A stretch of 61,606 nucleotides of DNA, filler included, from Nemertoderma westbladi (GCA_032718475.1; 3 parts of 3 records of this genome joined end to end with filler, not necessarily neighbours in it), one strand, 5' to 3'; shown: positions 37,144-49,740, numbered from the whole stretch's first letter. The notes: generated from the sequence alone by a model not told the origin. A program made the numbers and translations.

Positions 37144-38466
37144 TCAGAGTTTATGCGATTATTCGCAACATTCATTCCCCAAGTTTGTTCCTACAGTAAT
37201 TGTGTTTGTTATACATACCGCTATAGTTAAATTAACCCCGGTACTACACGGGCTGCTTGGCGTAGGTAAAGACTGGTGATTTTGTGCACCGGTCACTCCA
37301 GCAGATGCCGTGGTTCTTTTAGCTGTTCAAGTATATTTAACTACTGATTATCTGTTGTACAAGTACTCGTACCTAATTTAGGGTTTAGTGTACAGTGCTT
37401 TCCGAAAGTAATTAGTGTAGGCATTATATTTGTGTTGTAAAGTGGTTGATAGGCACGTTCGATTAGCTCTATTAACTTCTAGGTAGGAACACTCCGTGAT
37501 ACATAACGTAGAACCTATAGCGATACGGCTATAGGTCGTCAGGCGGTGGTATTTTCCTATCTGGACAACGCAGTGTATTTACTACTACTTATTATTTTCA
37601 AATACCGTAGTACCCTGTCCGTTGTAATAACCAGATTTCTAACCCTTTGTTAGGCTGGTTTGTAGACTTCTTGTAAAATTACCCTAAAAATTCGTATTTT
37701 GTGTTTTTTGTATATTTTTGTGTTTATTTAGAGATCGTAATCTCACCCGAATTGTACGTAATTTGTAGTATTAAGTAACTTAGGTAAATTAGCATTATTT
37801 GTTTTAGTGTCTTATAAGTAACACTTCACTGAACGCGTACTGCTTTGTGTAGTGATTACTCCCCAGAAATAATAACATTTATTTCAACATTGACAAAACC
37901 CATTAAACGGGTATATATATATTATAAATCAACTCAAACGATTTATAAATAGTAGGCCTGCCATACAACAATTAGGTCTCAATATCAGTTGGACTACTGC
38001 TTAAATAACGGCAATAAAGTAAGTTAAGGTAACCAAGTAACCCTTAAAATTCAGAAATTCAGTTATTTAAAATAATTGATATACCGGTATTTACAATAGG
38101 CTTATTATATTTATTTCTATAAATTTTAGGTTGAAATCATACCGGTATTCTGTAATTAATTCTAGTTTGTAATTATACTTATATATATACATTATAAGTG
38201 TAAGCTGTATACCGGTATTCACGACAGGCCTATTATATATTTATATATATTTGTGCTAAAATTATATACCGGTTTCTGTGAAAAACCTAGTCTGTAATAA
38301 TACTTATATATACTATAAGCATACCGGTATTCTAATATATTATATATATATCACGCTACACTGAGTAGCAGTATCGGTAATTAATTACTAGGCTAACAGT
38401 GATACTGAATTACTAGACTTGCTTTAACTGTAATATAGCAGTAGGCATTCAACTGTACCATCAAAC

Positions 38467-38961
38467 ATGTCTGACACAACCCAATCACTGTCGGATAGTC
38501 TCCTAGATATTGTTAGAATGACTGTTAGACAGTGTCTTAAAAAGATCAGTGACCCAGATCCAAGTATAGAACATCCTAGATCCAAGTCTAAGTCACCTCC
38601 TGCTGTGGGAAAGGCCATCCCTACAGAAGTAGTGTCAGATCCTAGGCTAGTCCAACATCGTAGGTCTATCATCGGCACTCGGGCCCAAGTCAAGCGGGAT
38701 CAAGAAGCAGCTGTCAAACAGCAGCAACATCCTAGCCAAGAACCTAGTTTTCAGCGGCCCGATAGCTCCAGTAGTTCGGATACTGATGAGCGGACGCCCG
38801 AACGCGGAGTGAAAATGGTGGATAAGGTTTATGATGAGCGGCCAACCTATGAAGAATCAACCGACGCCACTTTTTCTCAAGAAGAAAGCGAAGTGACAGC
38901 AGAGAAACCGCATAAGAGGGATGCTATTGACATCTATCTGTCAGACTATCAACGCTTGTAG
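38467..38961 (+). CDS. Probable N-terminal part of the BEL Gag (upstream frame)
   Basis: ATG-started 164-aa low-complexity ORF that overlaps the open frame of the 1289-aa ORF at 38931-38958. Confidence 0.6.
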   Translation: MSDTTQSLSDSLLDIVRMTVRQCLKKISDPDPSIEHPRSKSKSPPAVGKAIPTEVVSDPRLVQHRRSIIGTRAQVKRDQEAAVKQQQHPSQEPSFQRPDSSSSSDTDERTPERGVKMVDKVYDERPTYEESTDATFSQEESEVTAEKPHKRDAIDIYLSDYQRL

Positions 38962-38972
38962 GAGATGAAGAG

Positions 38973-41900
38973 TTGAGGAGAAGGTTGGAGGGGCTTAGCC
39001 CTAATAGTGAAGGAACCAAGCTTGTGCTGGACGCAATCGATGCAGAAATGTTAGCTGCGAACCAAGCTAAATTCGATGAACAACTCCGCATCGCTAGAGA
39101 CCAAGAAGAAAGGGTGAAGAAGAAACGTATAGAAGACAGAAAGATAGCAGCAGTGGCAGAGGCAGAAAGAAAAGTGACCTTGGCAGAGGCAAAAGCGGCA
39201 GCGGCAGAGGCAAAAGCGGCAGCGGTGGCGGAAGCGGAATGGAGAGCGGCTGAAGAAACCATCCAATTAGAATTGGAAAACATTCAGGAGAATCAAGACT
39301 GCATAAATAAACAGTTAACAGCTAGTAATATGCAGATGATGAATCGATCTACTCCCAAAAGACAGGGATATACATCATCTGAGGAAGGCGATACCACCGA
39401 TACTGAAGGCAAAGGAAATAGATCTCGTCTAAGCAGACGTAAAAGAACATTCCACCGTCAGAAATTGCCTGATTTGCCTCCAGCTGTTAGAAGGCAACTA
39501 AATAGCACCAACTTGGGCAGTACAGAACCCACAGACCAAATAATTAAAATAGAAAGACTCCCTACTATAGTAGATGAGCCTGAAATAATTAGGCCTGTTT
39601 TCGAAATCACCCCTTCTGTGATAGACACACCTGTACTCCCTGAAGTTACCTCTAAATTCCCTCTGCATAGCACTAAGCTACCTGTGCCCCGTAGAACTGC
39701 CCAGGAGACAGTTCAGGTTCTGGACCCCGAGCGAAATATTCATAATTTGTCGCCCGTCGTCCCTCGTCCGCCCGCTACAACGTTGGCGACTCCTGCTTCT
39801 GCGGTCGAATGGGTGGACGAGAGACGGCGGGGGATGGATCTCCTGCTCGGGCAGATGCAGGAGACTGTTCAGCAATTCGGGGGCACAGTAAGGGAAAGTA
39901 GACTAGAGTTGCAAGAAGTGCAGCAAAATATCGCGCTAGAACATGATAAATTAGTAAATTTACAAAAGGGTATATCACCACCCCTTGTGACAATGTGTCA
40001 TCCTGTTAGGTCTGAAGTATCTCATGCGCAAGGTGTGGAGCCTACACGCATCTATACTGCTAGCGAAGTAGAAACTCCTATAGTGAACCCTATTAAGGGT
40101 AATTATAAACCTGTTGATAATGATATTCCCTATAGACCGGATCATAATCCGAGAAATTTATATACCGATAACTCGATATTAAATGGCACGATGGCCCAAG
40201 AAAGTTTTACGCGTCAAATGGCTAGAACCGAAGCCCGGCAAGCGGTAAAGGTGGGAGAGATCGTCAAGTTCAATGGAGATGAGATGAAATGGTTACCTTT
40301 TAATGAATATTACAAAGATAACATACAGAACTCTGTGCTATCTAATGGAGAGAAACTTAGATTCCTCATCGAGTGCTTGGAAGGATCTCCCAAGTCAATG
40401 GCGTTAAAATTTATTGGACATCCAGATGGATTAAGACAAGTTTGGGATACACTAAACATCAGGTATGGTAATAGGACTAACATAGCTAGGTATTTATATG
40501 CGAAATTAATGGCGCCCCGAAAGTTTCTTAGCAGCGGGATTATAGAGTTTTCCGATGAGATTCAGGAGATCTGTAGACAACTAGATTGGTTAGGTAAGTC
40601 TCATGAATACCAGAATTCTATGGTTGTAGGAGCCTTAGCATCTACTTTGCCCAAGGGTGGAGTAGGTACACGCTGGGACAAGAAGGTGTTATATATGATG
40701 GAACAACAACAACGAGACCCTACCATGGCTGATCTCATGTCATTCTTGGATAGCGAGGTGAAATTACAGCTCATAAAGCAGTCCAGAGAGAAGACAGCGG
40801 AAAGTAAGGTAAGTGAGAAACCCGTTTCTAGGAGAAGAGTAACACCAGTATGTTATACCGACGACGGTGAAAGCCAAACTTCTCAAGGAGAGGATAGCGG
40901 GAAAGACACTGACAGATCTTATTATGTCAATAAAATGCCTAAAGACCAGGTAAGTAAATCCAAGTCTCGACCCAATGACAGAAGGGAACCGGTACAAAAA
41001 ACCCCTCCTACGTCTCCTAAAAGAATTCAGGTGAGAAAGCCCGAGGAAAGAACAAGTGTGCACCACATAGCACAGGTTAAAGTAAGTAACATCAAGCCGA
41101 AATGTGTGCTGTGCGACGGGCCCCACCGTTTGAATGTGTGTGATAAATTCCTGAGGAAATCACTCGAGGATAGACGTGAAGTCATGTGGGATAAGCGGTT
41201 GTGTTATAATTGCCTCAGACGAGGACACCAACGGCGAACCTGTTACTCCGATGCAAGGTGTGCAAAGTGCGGCGCAAAACATCATATCTTGTTGCACACG
41301 GAATTCGAACGAAACAGCCCGAGTCAGGTAAGTGAGTCCGAACTACATGTCCAATTCAGTGATGTGAACGACACTGATCAATCTGAGATGGAAGGATTCT
41401 ATACGGACGAGTTCTCCGACGAAAACGAATCCTGTTACTTAATAAACACCACCGCAGTGTATCGAGCACTCATGTATGAGAAAGACACAGACAGCGACCT
41501 CACCCTAACTACTTCAGATCAACAACCATCTTGGAAAGCGCCAACTCCCAATATAGGAATCCGAGAATTTCCTGTAGTCCAGTTACGGGTCCACGGACCT
41601 CAGAAGAGCTATATAGTGAACGCCCTCCTGGACTCCGGTAGCACAGGAACATTCATCGATAAAGAACTAGCCGAAGTCATCTTTGCTGGACAACCCAAGT
41701 TCCGAACCAAGCTAAACATGTCAGGAATCATGCAAGTTTGGAATTCTACAGTAACAGCTGATTATTATGTAGGCGCGTTGTCCACCCCCCAGGACGAACT
41801 AGGAGAACATAGCATAAGGTCAGTGAAAATGGTGGCTATAAAGAACTTCGCTACTACTCAAGCAGACCTTTATAATTGGGACGAGGATGAGAGCATCCAA

Positions 41901-42842
41901 CATCTTAGCATACCTCGATTCCAGACTGATTATCCTGGAGTGCAAATACTCATCGGCCAAAACGCGCATGAGGCGCTGGAGACATTAGAGAAACGACCTG
42001 CTCAACCGCAGCCACTACAGACCTATGCGGTAAGAACTAGAGTAGGTTGGTACCTTACTGGACCTTCCCGTAGAACGCTCAGGGAAAGACTGCTTCAAGA
42101 TCGCGTCTGCCAGGTGAGTGAATGGGAAGATGATACTAGTGAGGGAGACGACCCAACTGAGGGAACACCACACTCCTCAGATAATGACAATCTTAGCTCC
42201 AATGTAGATCAATGGAGATATTGCCCCAAGAAGTTTAATCCAATTGACATCGCTTCCAGAGGAGCAACTCCTCAAGAACTGACAGATACTACAGACCGGT
42301 TAGGTGAACCCGACTTCCTGAGTAAGGAGGATGAATGGCCTCCCCATCTTACTCCGACTGAGATTAGACCAGCCAAGGGAGCGGAGAAAGTTAAACCTAA
42401 AACCCGGACGGGTGGAGCGGAGTTATTTGAACCCGGGATAGATCTGTCGGTATTACATATTGCCAGGGACGACGCCGTGGATCTGGACCTCCCCACCGCG
42501 AGTGGATCCTTCATGAAGATCAGAGAGAGCGATTGGAGCTCTGGAACATCAGACGTCCCGCAGGGACTCTCACCTCTCCTGCAGAGAGCGACGGACCACT
42601 ATAGCTCCTGGAATCGGCTTTGTGACGCCGTCATATACTTTGAGCGATGTTTCTATCGTCACTATTCCAGGACGAAGAGGAAACCTGGAATTGTATTCAG
42701 GATGCAGCGACTCAATCACCCAGTCGGTCGTTTGTGTTTACCGGAAGGGAATGGAGGACTCTCCGGAAACTGTGGAAGGCAAGATTCTCATCCCACGACC
42801 ACCTCCCTAATCCTTCAAACATCTAGGGACTCCATAACGTAA
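38973..42842 (+). CDS. BEL/Pao Gag-protease polyprotein with an RNase H C-terminal remnant; no RT or integrase
   Basis: DUF1759-like KFNGDEMKWLPF...NGEKLRFL; three zinc knuckles (CVLCDGPHRLNVC, CYNCLRRGHQRRTC, CAKCGAKHHILLH); protease ALLDSGSTGTFI and ILIGQN; AVRTRVGWYLTGP; then QWRYCPKKFNPIDIASRG and YSSWNRL. Confidence 0.92.
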   Translation: MRRRLEGLSPNSEGTKLVLDAIDAEMLAANQAKFDEQLRIARDQEERVKKKRIEDRKIAAVAEAERKVTLAEAKAAAAEAKAAAVAEAEWRAAEETIQLELENIQENQDCINKQLTASNMQMMNRSTPKRQGYTSSEEGDTTDTEGKGNRSRLSRRKRTFHRQKLPDLPPAVRRQLNSTNLGSTEPTDQIIKIERLPTIVDEPEIIRPVFEITPSVIDTPVLPEVTSKFPLHSTKLPVPRRTAQETVQVLDPERNIHNLSPVVPRPPATTLATPASAVEWVDERRRGMDLLLGQMQETVQQFGGTVRESRLELQEVQQNIALEHDKLVNLQKGISPPLVTMCHPVRSEVSHAQGVEPTRIYTASEVETPIVNPIKGNYKPVDNDIPYRPDHNPRNLYTDNSILNGTMAQESFTRQMARTEARQAVKVGEIVKFNGDEMKWLPFNEYYKDNIQNSVLSNGEKLRFLIECLEGSPKSMALKFIGHPDGLRQVWDTLNIRYGNRTNIARYLYAKLMAPRKFLSSGIIEFSDEIQEICRQLDWLGKSHEYQNSMVVGALASTLPKGGVGTRWDKKVLYMMEQQQRDPTMADLMSFLDSEVKLQLIKQSREKTAESKVSEKPVSRRRVTPVCYTDDGESQTSQGEDSGKDTDRSYYVNKMPKDQVSKSKSRPNDRREPVQKTPPTSPKRIQVRKPEERTSVHHIAQVKVSNIKPKCVLCDGPHRLNVCDKFLRKSLEDRREVMWDKRLCYNCLRRGHQRRTCYSDARCAKCGAKHHILLHTEFERNSPSQVSESELHVQFSDVNDTDQSEMEGFYTDEFSDENESCYLINTTAVYRALMYEKDTDSDLTLTTSDQQPSWKAPTPNIGIREFPVVQLRVHGPQKSYIVNALLDSGSTGTFIDKELAEVIFAGQPKFRTKLNMSGIMQVWNSTVTADYYVGALSTPQDELGEHSIRSVKMVAIKNFATTQADLYNWDEDESIQHLSIPRFQTDYPGVQILIGQNAHEALETLEKRPAQPQPLQTYAVRTRVGWYLTGPSRRTLRERLLQDRVCQVSEWEDDTSEGDDPTEGTPHSSDNDNLSSNVDQWRYCPKKFNPIDIASRGATPQELTDTTDRLGEPDFLSKEDEWPPHLTPTEIRPAKGAEKVKPKTRTGGAELFEPGIDLSVLHIARDDAVDLDLPTASGSFMKIRESDWSSGTSDVPQGLSPLLQRATDHYSSWNRLCDAVIYFERCFYRHYSRTKRKPGIVFRMQRLNHPVGRLCLPEGNGGLSGNCGRQDSHPTTTSLILQTSRDSIT

Positions 42843-44883
42843 CAACATACGGAGTGGGTGTGTGACTCTATTATTTTATATTATTTTATTATTTTTATAT
42901 TTCTGTATGTATTACTATGTAATTTTATTATAATCGTTTTCTTTAATTTTATTCAGTAGAATGTTATTTTAGCGATTATTTAGTAGATTAGTGCAATATA
43001 TATTCGCGTTTATTACTTAATTACGTATATATTATATTTAATGCGACGGCAAGAAATAATTCTTTTTCTCTTGCCTTACTGTCCGTATCATATTATAAAT
43101 ACGTGACTACAGTAAGATGAAATGTCCGTACTTATTAAAGTACAATAAAGCCACTACTATATTTAAGTATTATTGGTAGGCAGAGTATTAGGAATGCAAA
43201 GTTCAGATCCTCGTGTCTCGGCTAAACCAAGCTCTGGGTAGACCTTGGAAACGACTTGCCTCTTCACACTGACATTGCTTCGTGCGATATTGCTCTCATA
43301 CCGTATATTAAATAATACATATAGTAGCGTGATGTCCCTTTAACAGTAGCGTATAACGCAAAATAAATCTGTTAAACCCTTTGACCATCTGTAATTCTAG
43401 TCGATTAAGATATCGTGGCACCCACCGATATACTTGAAAGACAAATTTTAGAATCAGTGGTTAACGTCCCCAGACAAGTTCTGGAATAAATTGGTGCCCA
43501 TCTCAAATATTAATTATTTAATATTTGCAAATCTAATAAATCAAAATCTGTAAAATTCAGATCCTTCAACAATTCTAGTCAATTAAGATATCGTAGCATT
43601 TACCGATATCCTTAAAAGGACAATTTTCATAGAATTAAGGATCTTGTGTCCCCAGCCATGTTCTAGAACCAAAATATGTCAATTTAATTATCAAATAATA
43701 AAATTTCAGGGAATAAATTTAAATTCATGTCTCTTAATGAATTTAATAAATTGCCATTTTTACGCAATTTATAACATTCCCAAAATTTCATTAATTAATA
43801 GATCAAGGGAGCGGAGATTTATCTATTATGCGTATGAGTGTGCGAAAGTCTCCCAAACATAGTCAATAGCCGATAAAATTCATAAAGTCATGTATAAAAC
43901 AGGACATTGACTATTAAAGAATTACTATTAAATAACATCCCAGATCTGTATGCATTGGAATTACCCTAATTCTACCGCTAGCTTTACATAATGTCACCAT
44001 AGTAACAACCACGCTAGAATTAGAATTGAGTTAAAAGAACAATAGAAAGCTTGTCCCATTGAATAGCATAGGGAATAAATAGTGCACTGATAGTATCCAA
44101 GGATACATAATAATACAGTGACATTCTGGAAGGCATTGACTAACGGACAAGTGACCCGAGTGTGTGTAATTTGTGACAAGTTGTGTGTGTGGTATTTGTG
44201 AGTTTATAGGCGAATGTTACTACTAAGGTGTGTTTACAGTAGCGAGTCGCAATTGTGAAAGTAACCCTAACTCTCCAGTAAGAACCTGAGGTGTATCTAA
44301 GCCTTTGGGACGGACAGTCGAGTGACTTGTGCCGGTTGTCGTTGTCGTTGTGCGGCTACGTCGTTGGCGAAAGTACAGCGGCGACGACACATCGGTGCTG
44401 AGGATCTCGCACTGTCTGGGGGCGGATTGGGGTAGGCAGCGACGCCCGCTCGCCTAAATATAAACTCATTATAATATGGATAAACTTATATAGCAGATAT
44501 GATTGAGTTGATAGAAGATGATCTTGGTATCAGGGAGCGATATACTCTACCTTTACAAGCGTTTGATGATAGCTTGATACGCGGCGACGCTGGTCCAACT
44601 ACTACGGAGGACGATGGTCGTTATATCTAACCGCCAATGTCCCGGGAGCAACTTGCGCGTGGGTTAGACTGTAGAAAATTCATCGCTCACTATACGCATT
44701 GTAATGGTACGTATATGGACTTCTTAACTACTGGTCATCCTATCGACCTACACGATACGAACGATATAGACACCAAAGGGAAATGGTTTATTTAAATATC
44801 ATACCCAGCGGAAGCGGAACGATAAACTGAGACTCGAACACGAAAATTCTATTCGAAACCGACTCGAAAGTGCAGATGTCGAA

Positions 44884-45318
44884 ATGCCGGATAAACGCAG
44901 CGACTCCACCAAATACCTGGAATTCTTGAGAGAAACCTATCTCGATATTACCAGTCAACAGAATCTAGAAACTCGATATCCTCAAGGTATACATCATGAC
45001 TGCATGGTAGAACTCAAACGGCTCTATTCCACTATGATGTATCTTACCGCTGATCGATCGCTACCTGTTGTACCGGATAGCTTCGAACGGATGGAGGAAT
45101 ATTGTAAGCTGGAGAAAGATCACTCGCGTTTCCCCTACAAGACGTGCGTTTTTGGTATTATTGCGATGAATGCCCTAGACCCAACCAACAAACGGAAAGA
45201 CATAAACATCCGCGGAGACGTTGCTTTAAACACGGTTTTACTCGCTATACTTACGGGAGTTTCGAGCGAAACTTGTTCGATGTATCACCTATGCTCGTTC
45301 GACTCAGACGATCCTTAA
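44884..45318 (+). CDS. Hypothetical 144-aa ORF in the 3' internal region of the LTR element
   Basis: ATG-started, protein-like composition, in a more GC-rich island. No motif recognised. Confidence 0.3.
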   Translation: MPDKRSDSTKYLEFLRETYLDITSQQNLETRYPQGIHHDCMVELKRLYSTMMYLTADRSLPVVPDSFERMEEYCKLEKDHSRFPYKTCVFGIIAMNALDPTNKRKDINIRGDVALNTVLLAILTGVSSETCSMYHLCSFDSDDP

Positions 45319-46106
45319 ATAAACCAATGATCAGAGTTTCGGAATACTCGATCAGAACTCCTCATTCCCCAGTGAGACTTCAGACTCTTGATTTGATCCT
45401 ATTAGTATGACGGATCCTCCCGAGATGTACTCACTGCTCAAAGATCTAGTGTTACCTGAACAATTAGTCGGTGGCACCCCAGTTGTGGGCTTCCTAGATA
45501 CTAGCCCATTCTACCTAGCCGGATTGGGACGCGGACATTTAATATCGCCGTTTAACCCATACCATCGTCCCGTCCCGGCTTAACACGATATAACCTGTCA
45601 CCAAAGTGGCGGAGAAAGTTGTACCAAACGAGTTAAACGCTATTCTACAAAGATCAGAAAGGAAACCTGCGTTTGTTCAGATAAACGTAAATTGTAACAG
45701 CAGGTCCAGGCGATGGACGAATTGTCTTTATCTCAGTTCGATTGTAAAATCCAGAATCTCTAAGAAGATATCGAACTTAGGCAACCCCATTCTCTGCGAG
45801 AGTTTTTGGATGGGCGTGTCCGGCTGCGGGCGGAGGAGAATCGGCTCGAGGAGAAGCATATCGAAACGGCGGATACCCCGACCATAATCCTACACCTTCT
45901 GATGCAATCATATTGCACCCTTCACCCAGGATTTATAGCCCTCCTAGTAAAGTGGCTCGCCCCAAAGAGAAAAGGACTCTTGCTAGCCTCAAAAACTGCG
46001 TAAACGCCGTCTGCGTAAGAAAGACTAACTGTTTAGAGTATCTTTATATTTTAGAAACTGTGATTTGTTATATTTTATAGACTTAAATCCCATTTTCTGG
46101 GAGCGG

Positions 46107-47339
46107 TGTAAAAGCTTTTGCGTCATTAACCGGTTATTTTCCCTTAAAGTACTCTGTAGTTGGTTTGCCAGGCATAAAAAGGCCGTGTCCTTGCTGTACT
46201 GGTGTTTTAGAGGACATAAAAGTCATTTCTTCTGTATTTGAACTGTATTTGTACTTTAGAGGACATAATCTGCAATTTCATGACGTAAAAAGCTCGATAC
46301 TCTTGAAAACAGTGTCGCTACCATGACGATGGCTAACGGCTGATATTGCCACGTTGCAGCTTTCTGTATCTGCCAATAGAATTTGAGTTAGCTTTGATTT
46401 TGACCTATCACAGAGCTACTGAACTGAATTTTCCTATCTCACTGCTCTTTCTCTGTGTTGAATGGGAGCTTCGTGGAATAAGGGTAGCTGGTATTCTTAT
46501 AGTTATTCTTATCAGTGTTGTTGGTGATTCTAAGCCAGGAAGAACGGCTTTAGAGTATTTTGTGCTTTTATGCTTTAGCCTTACACTAGTAGGCTTAATT
46601 ATAAGGACATATATCCTTTATCTGCATAACATCCATAAATGCGGCATACCATACCAAATCATTTATACCTTAACTTTACTGATTTGCTGTCGGTTATTCA
46701 TTATATTTGTTGATGAATTATTATATTTGGAATCACGACAAATAACCCCGAAACCCAATATTCTTGATATACCGAAGGTAAGAGAGAAAGGTTACAGATA
46801 AATGATTGCGACCTATGTTGAGTGGTTTGAAGTGAATCTAATGTTATTTGATAGACCCTACATGATTCGGTCCGTGTTCCTTTTATATGTGACTAAAATC
46901 AGTGAAGATCGGCAGATTAGTGTGCAGTATTGTGCAGCATTGTGTATGAGTGAAACTGATAAAGAAGCATTTCCTAAAGAATGCGACATATATGTGAATT
47001 ATAACTGAGCCATATCGTTGTGAGTAGTTTAAGTCATAACTCTGTTTATATAAATAGAGCGCCACGTCCTAAAGGAACTGTTAATATTCCCCGAAGGTGA
47101 ATAATATTGTCAGAGATTATATAATACTGTCAGTCGAATAATACATTAGGCTTACATAGCAATACGATTAAGCCGTCGAAGTCAATCTCCCGGGTATATC
47201 CAACGGGTGAATGATCGCGCACAGATTGGTTTCAACTAGTGTAGTGAATCAAATACTTGTCAGAGGCTAAAGCGATTTATTATCTAGAAGACATCCTAAT
47301 TTGGCGGGTTAAACTGCCAAAGGTCTGAAAGCGCGAACA
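46107..47339 (+). repeat. 3' LTR
   Basis: 1233 bp, near-identical to 34976-36208. Confidence 0.96.
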
Positions 47340-47683
47340 ACGGGTATATTATAATATAAAGTTCCAATAAAGTTTTGTCGGGTAATTATTCGCATTATAA
47401 GTTAATTATTTAAGAATATAAAAAAGTACCGTATATTGGTCTTCTATAGATATTTTATAACAAAGTCATGATTTACGGTCATAGCAACGACGCGGGGTTA
47501 CCATACGGGAATTACTGTTTAAATTCCTCAAAATTTGGTAAATTCTACATTTCAGTATTTTAGAGCATGAGGCGAGGCGGTATATAAAATTATATTTGTA
47601 TATATTATGTTCTTAGTAACGAAAGTTTACCATAGCAACAGGGAGCTATACAAACACATAAATAATTTAATACACTAAATTAC

Positions 47684-47820
47684 CTTTAATTGATATCCCT
47701 TGACATAAGTTTTCAGTTTGCTACACATGACTATCTCAGACCATTCACATGACTCTGGAATTCCTTTCATATATTTTAAATCGGGCAAGAGCTGTATGGT
47801 ACCCGTTACTGTTCGAGGGC
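47684..47820 (-). CDS. Host gene exon 2, start of the VOMI domain (...CEWSEIVMCSKLKTYVKGYQLK)
   Basis: ttttcag acceptor and AAG|gtaat donor, phase 1 to 0. Joins to VLEYQG of exon 3, as in VMO1 GFxLKVE. Confidence 0.82.
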
Positions 47821-47879
47821 CTGAAAAAGAAATCATTGATTTAGTATATATGAATATATGCATATATATTTGCACTTAA

Positions 47880-49040
47880 GACCCTAAACAACATCGAATC
47901 TATAAATTCCAGGGTTATGATCGCAACATTTGATGGGTATCCCAAGACAACAGTTATATGTTGCTACAGTCCAACCAATGCCTCAGAGCCAGAACAAGCA
48001 GTCAAGTTTTATGAAGATCTGACTGGACTTATAAAGGACATTCCGAAACACAATGTTAGTCATTGCTGGTGACCTGAATGCGCAAATTGGCCCAGAAGAC
48101 ATCAAGGGTTACACCTATGACACCAGTTCTAACAGGAATGGGTACTTTTAGACCTAATGGAAGAATGTGAATTGATACCAACAAACAACACATTCGAAAA
48201 GAGTAAGGGGAAGCTATGGAACTTTCAATACCCTAATGGAACCAAAGCACAACTGGATTACATAGATTACCATATTACCATAGTAGATTACGTAGAAGAT
48301 ATCCGGCAACTACAGTCACAGACACCGACTTTGCGGATGACATCGCCCTGCTCTCTAATACCCTAGCAGATGCATAGCTTCTACTAAATAAAGTGGAGAG
48401 GGCTCCTAAGGAGGTTGGATTGCATATAAATGCTACCAAGACCGAATTCATGACCTAATGTTGATGGAATCTTGACAACCATTGACAATAATCAACTAAG
48501 GAAGGTTGACGACTTCCAGTACCTTGGATCATGGATAGAGAGTAGCAAAAAGGACATAGAAGTTAGGAAAGCAAAGGCTTGGGTAATTCTATCAAAAATG
48601 GATACCATCTGGAAATCAGATCTCTCCAGGCACCTGAAGACTAAGTTCTTTCGAGCCACAGTGGAAAGTGTATTTTTATACGGGGGTGAGACCTGGACAC
48701 TGACTAAATCACTTGAACAACGAATTGATGGTTGCCACACAAGACTACTAAGGGCAGCCCTAAACATCAGCTGGAGACAACACATGACAAACACAGAGCT
48801 TTATGGTACAATACCACCTGTATCAACCACCTTCCGTGAACGCAGATTAAGATTCAGTGGGCTCTGCTGGCGAAGTAAAGACGAGGTCATACCAGATCTA
48901 CTTTGTGGCAACCAACTCATGGAAAGCGTAGTCGTGGACGACCGGCCATAACATATATAGATCAACTTGAAAGGGATACTGAACTTGGGAGAAACGAAAT
49001 TGCGACAACTATGGAGAATCGGGAAGCCTGGAATCCAACA
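47880..49040 (+). pseudogene. Internally deleted RTE-clade LINE
   Basis: APE motifs CYSPTN, AGDLNAQIG and KAQLDYI jump to RT motifs DFADDIALL, VGLHINATKTE, VDDFQYLGS and FFRATVESVFLYGGETW. Confidence 0.88.
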
Positions 49041-49160
49041 TTAGGCTGCCTCAACTTCACCATCTCCCTAACAACAACCAGAACCCCAGCCCTCCCAACC
49101 GTATCTAATTTTTTTTCAAATTTCAATCATATGCTACGAACCCAGCATAAACCAGCAGAA

Positions 49161-49740
49161 ACCGGACGGATAGGAAGACGGACAACCGGACGGACAGGAA
49201 GACGGACAACAGGACGGACAGGAAGAGTGACAACCGGACATACAGGAAGATGGACAACCGGACGGACAGGAAGACGGACAACCGGACGGACAGGAAGACG
49301 GACAACCGGACGGACAGGAAAACGAACAACCGGACGGACAGGAAGACAAACAGGATGACGGACCACAAGAACGGACAGTAACACGGACAACCGGACGGAA
49401 AGGAAGACGGACAACCGGACGGACAGGAAGACGGACAACCGGACGGACAGGAAGACGGACAACCGGACGGACAGGAAGAAGGACAACCGGACGGACAGGA
49501 AGACGGACAACTGGACGGACAGGAAGGCGGACAACCGGACGGACAGGAAGGCGGACAACCGGACGGAAGGGAATACGGACAACATGACGGACATGAAGAC
49601 GGACAACCGGACGGACAGGAAGACGGACAATCGGACGGACAGGAAGACGAACAACCGGACGGACAGGAAGACGGACAACCGGACGGACAGGAAGGCGGAC
49701 AACCGGACCGACAGGCAGACAGATAGGCAGACGGGCAATC
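49161..49740. repeat. 24-bp minisatellite (ggacaaccggacggacaggaagac), about 23 copies
   Basis: Direct tandem repeat. Confidence 0.95.

Larger units (their letters stand above)
34976..47339 (+). mobile_element. BEL/Pao LTR retrotransposon, recent and non-autonomous (Gag + protease only)
   Basis: Two 1233-bp TG...CA LTRs, 5-bp TSD acggg (34971-34975 and 47340-47344), purine-rich gggagcgg before the 3' LTR, and BEL-type Gag. Confidence 0.96.
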
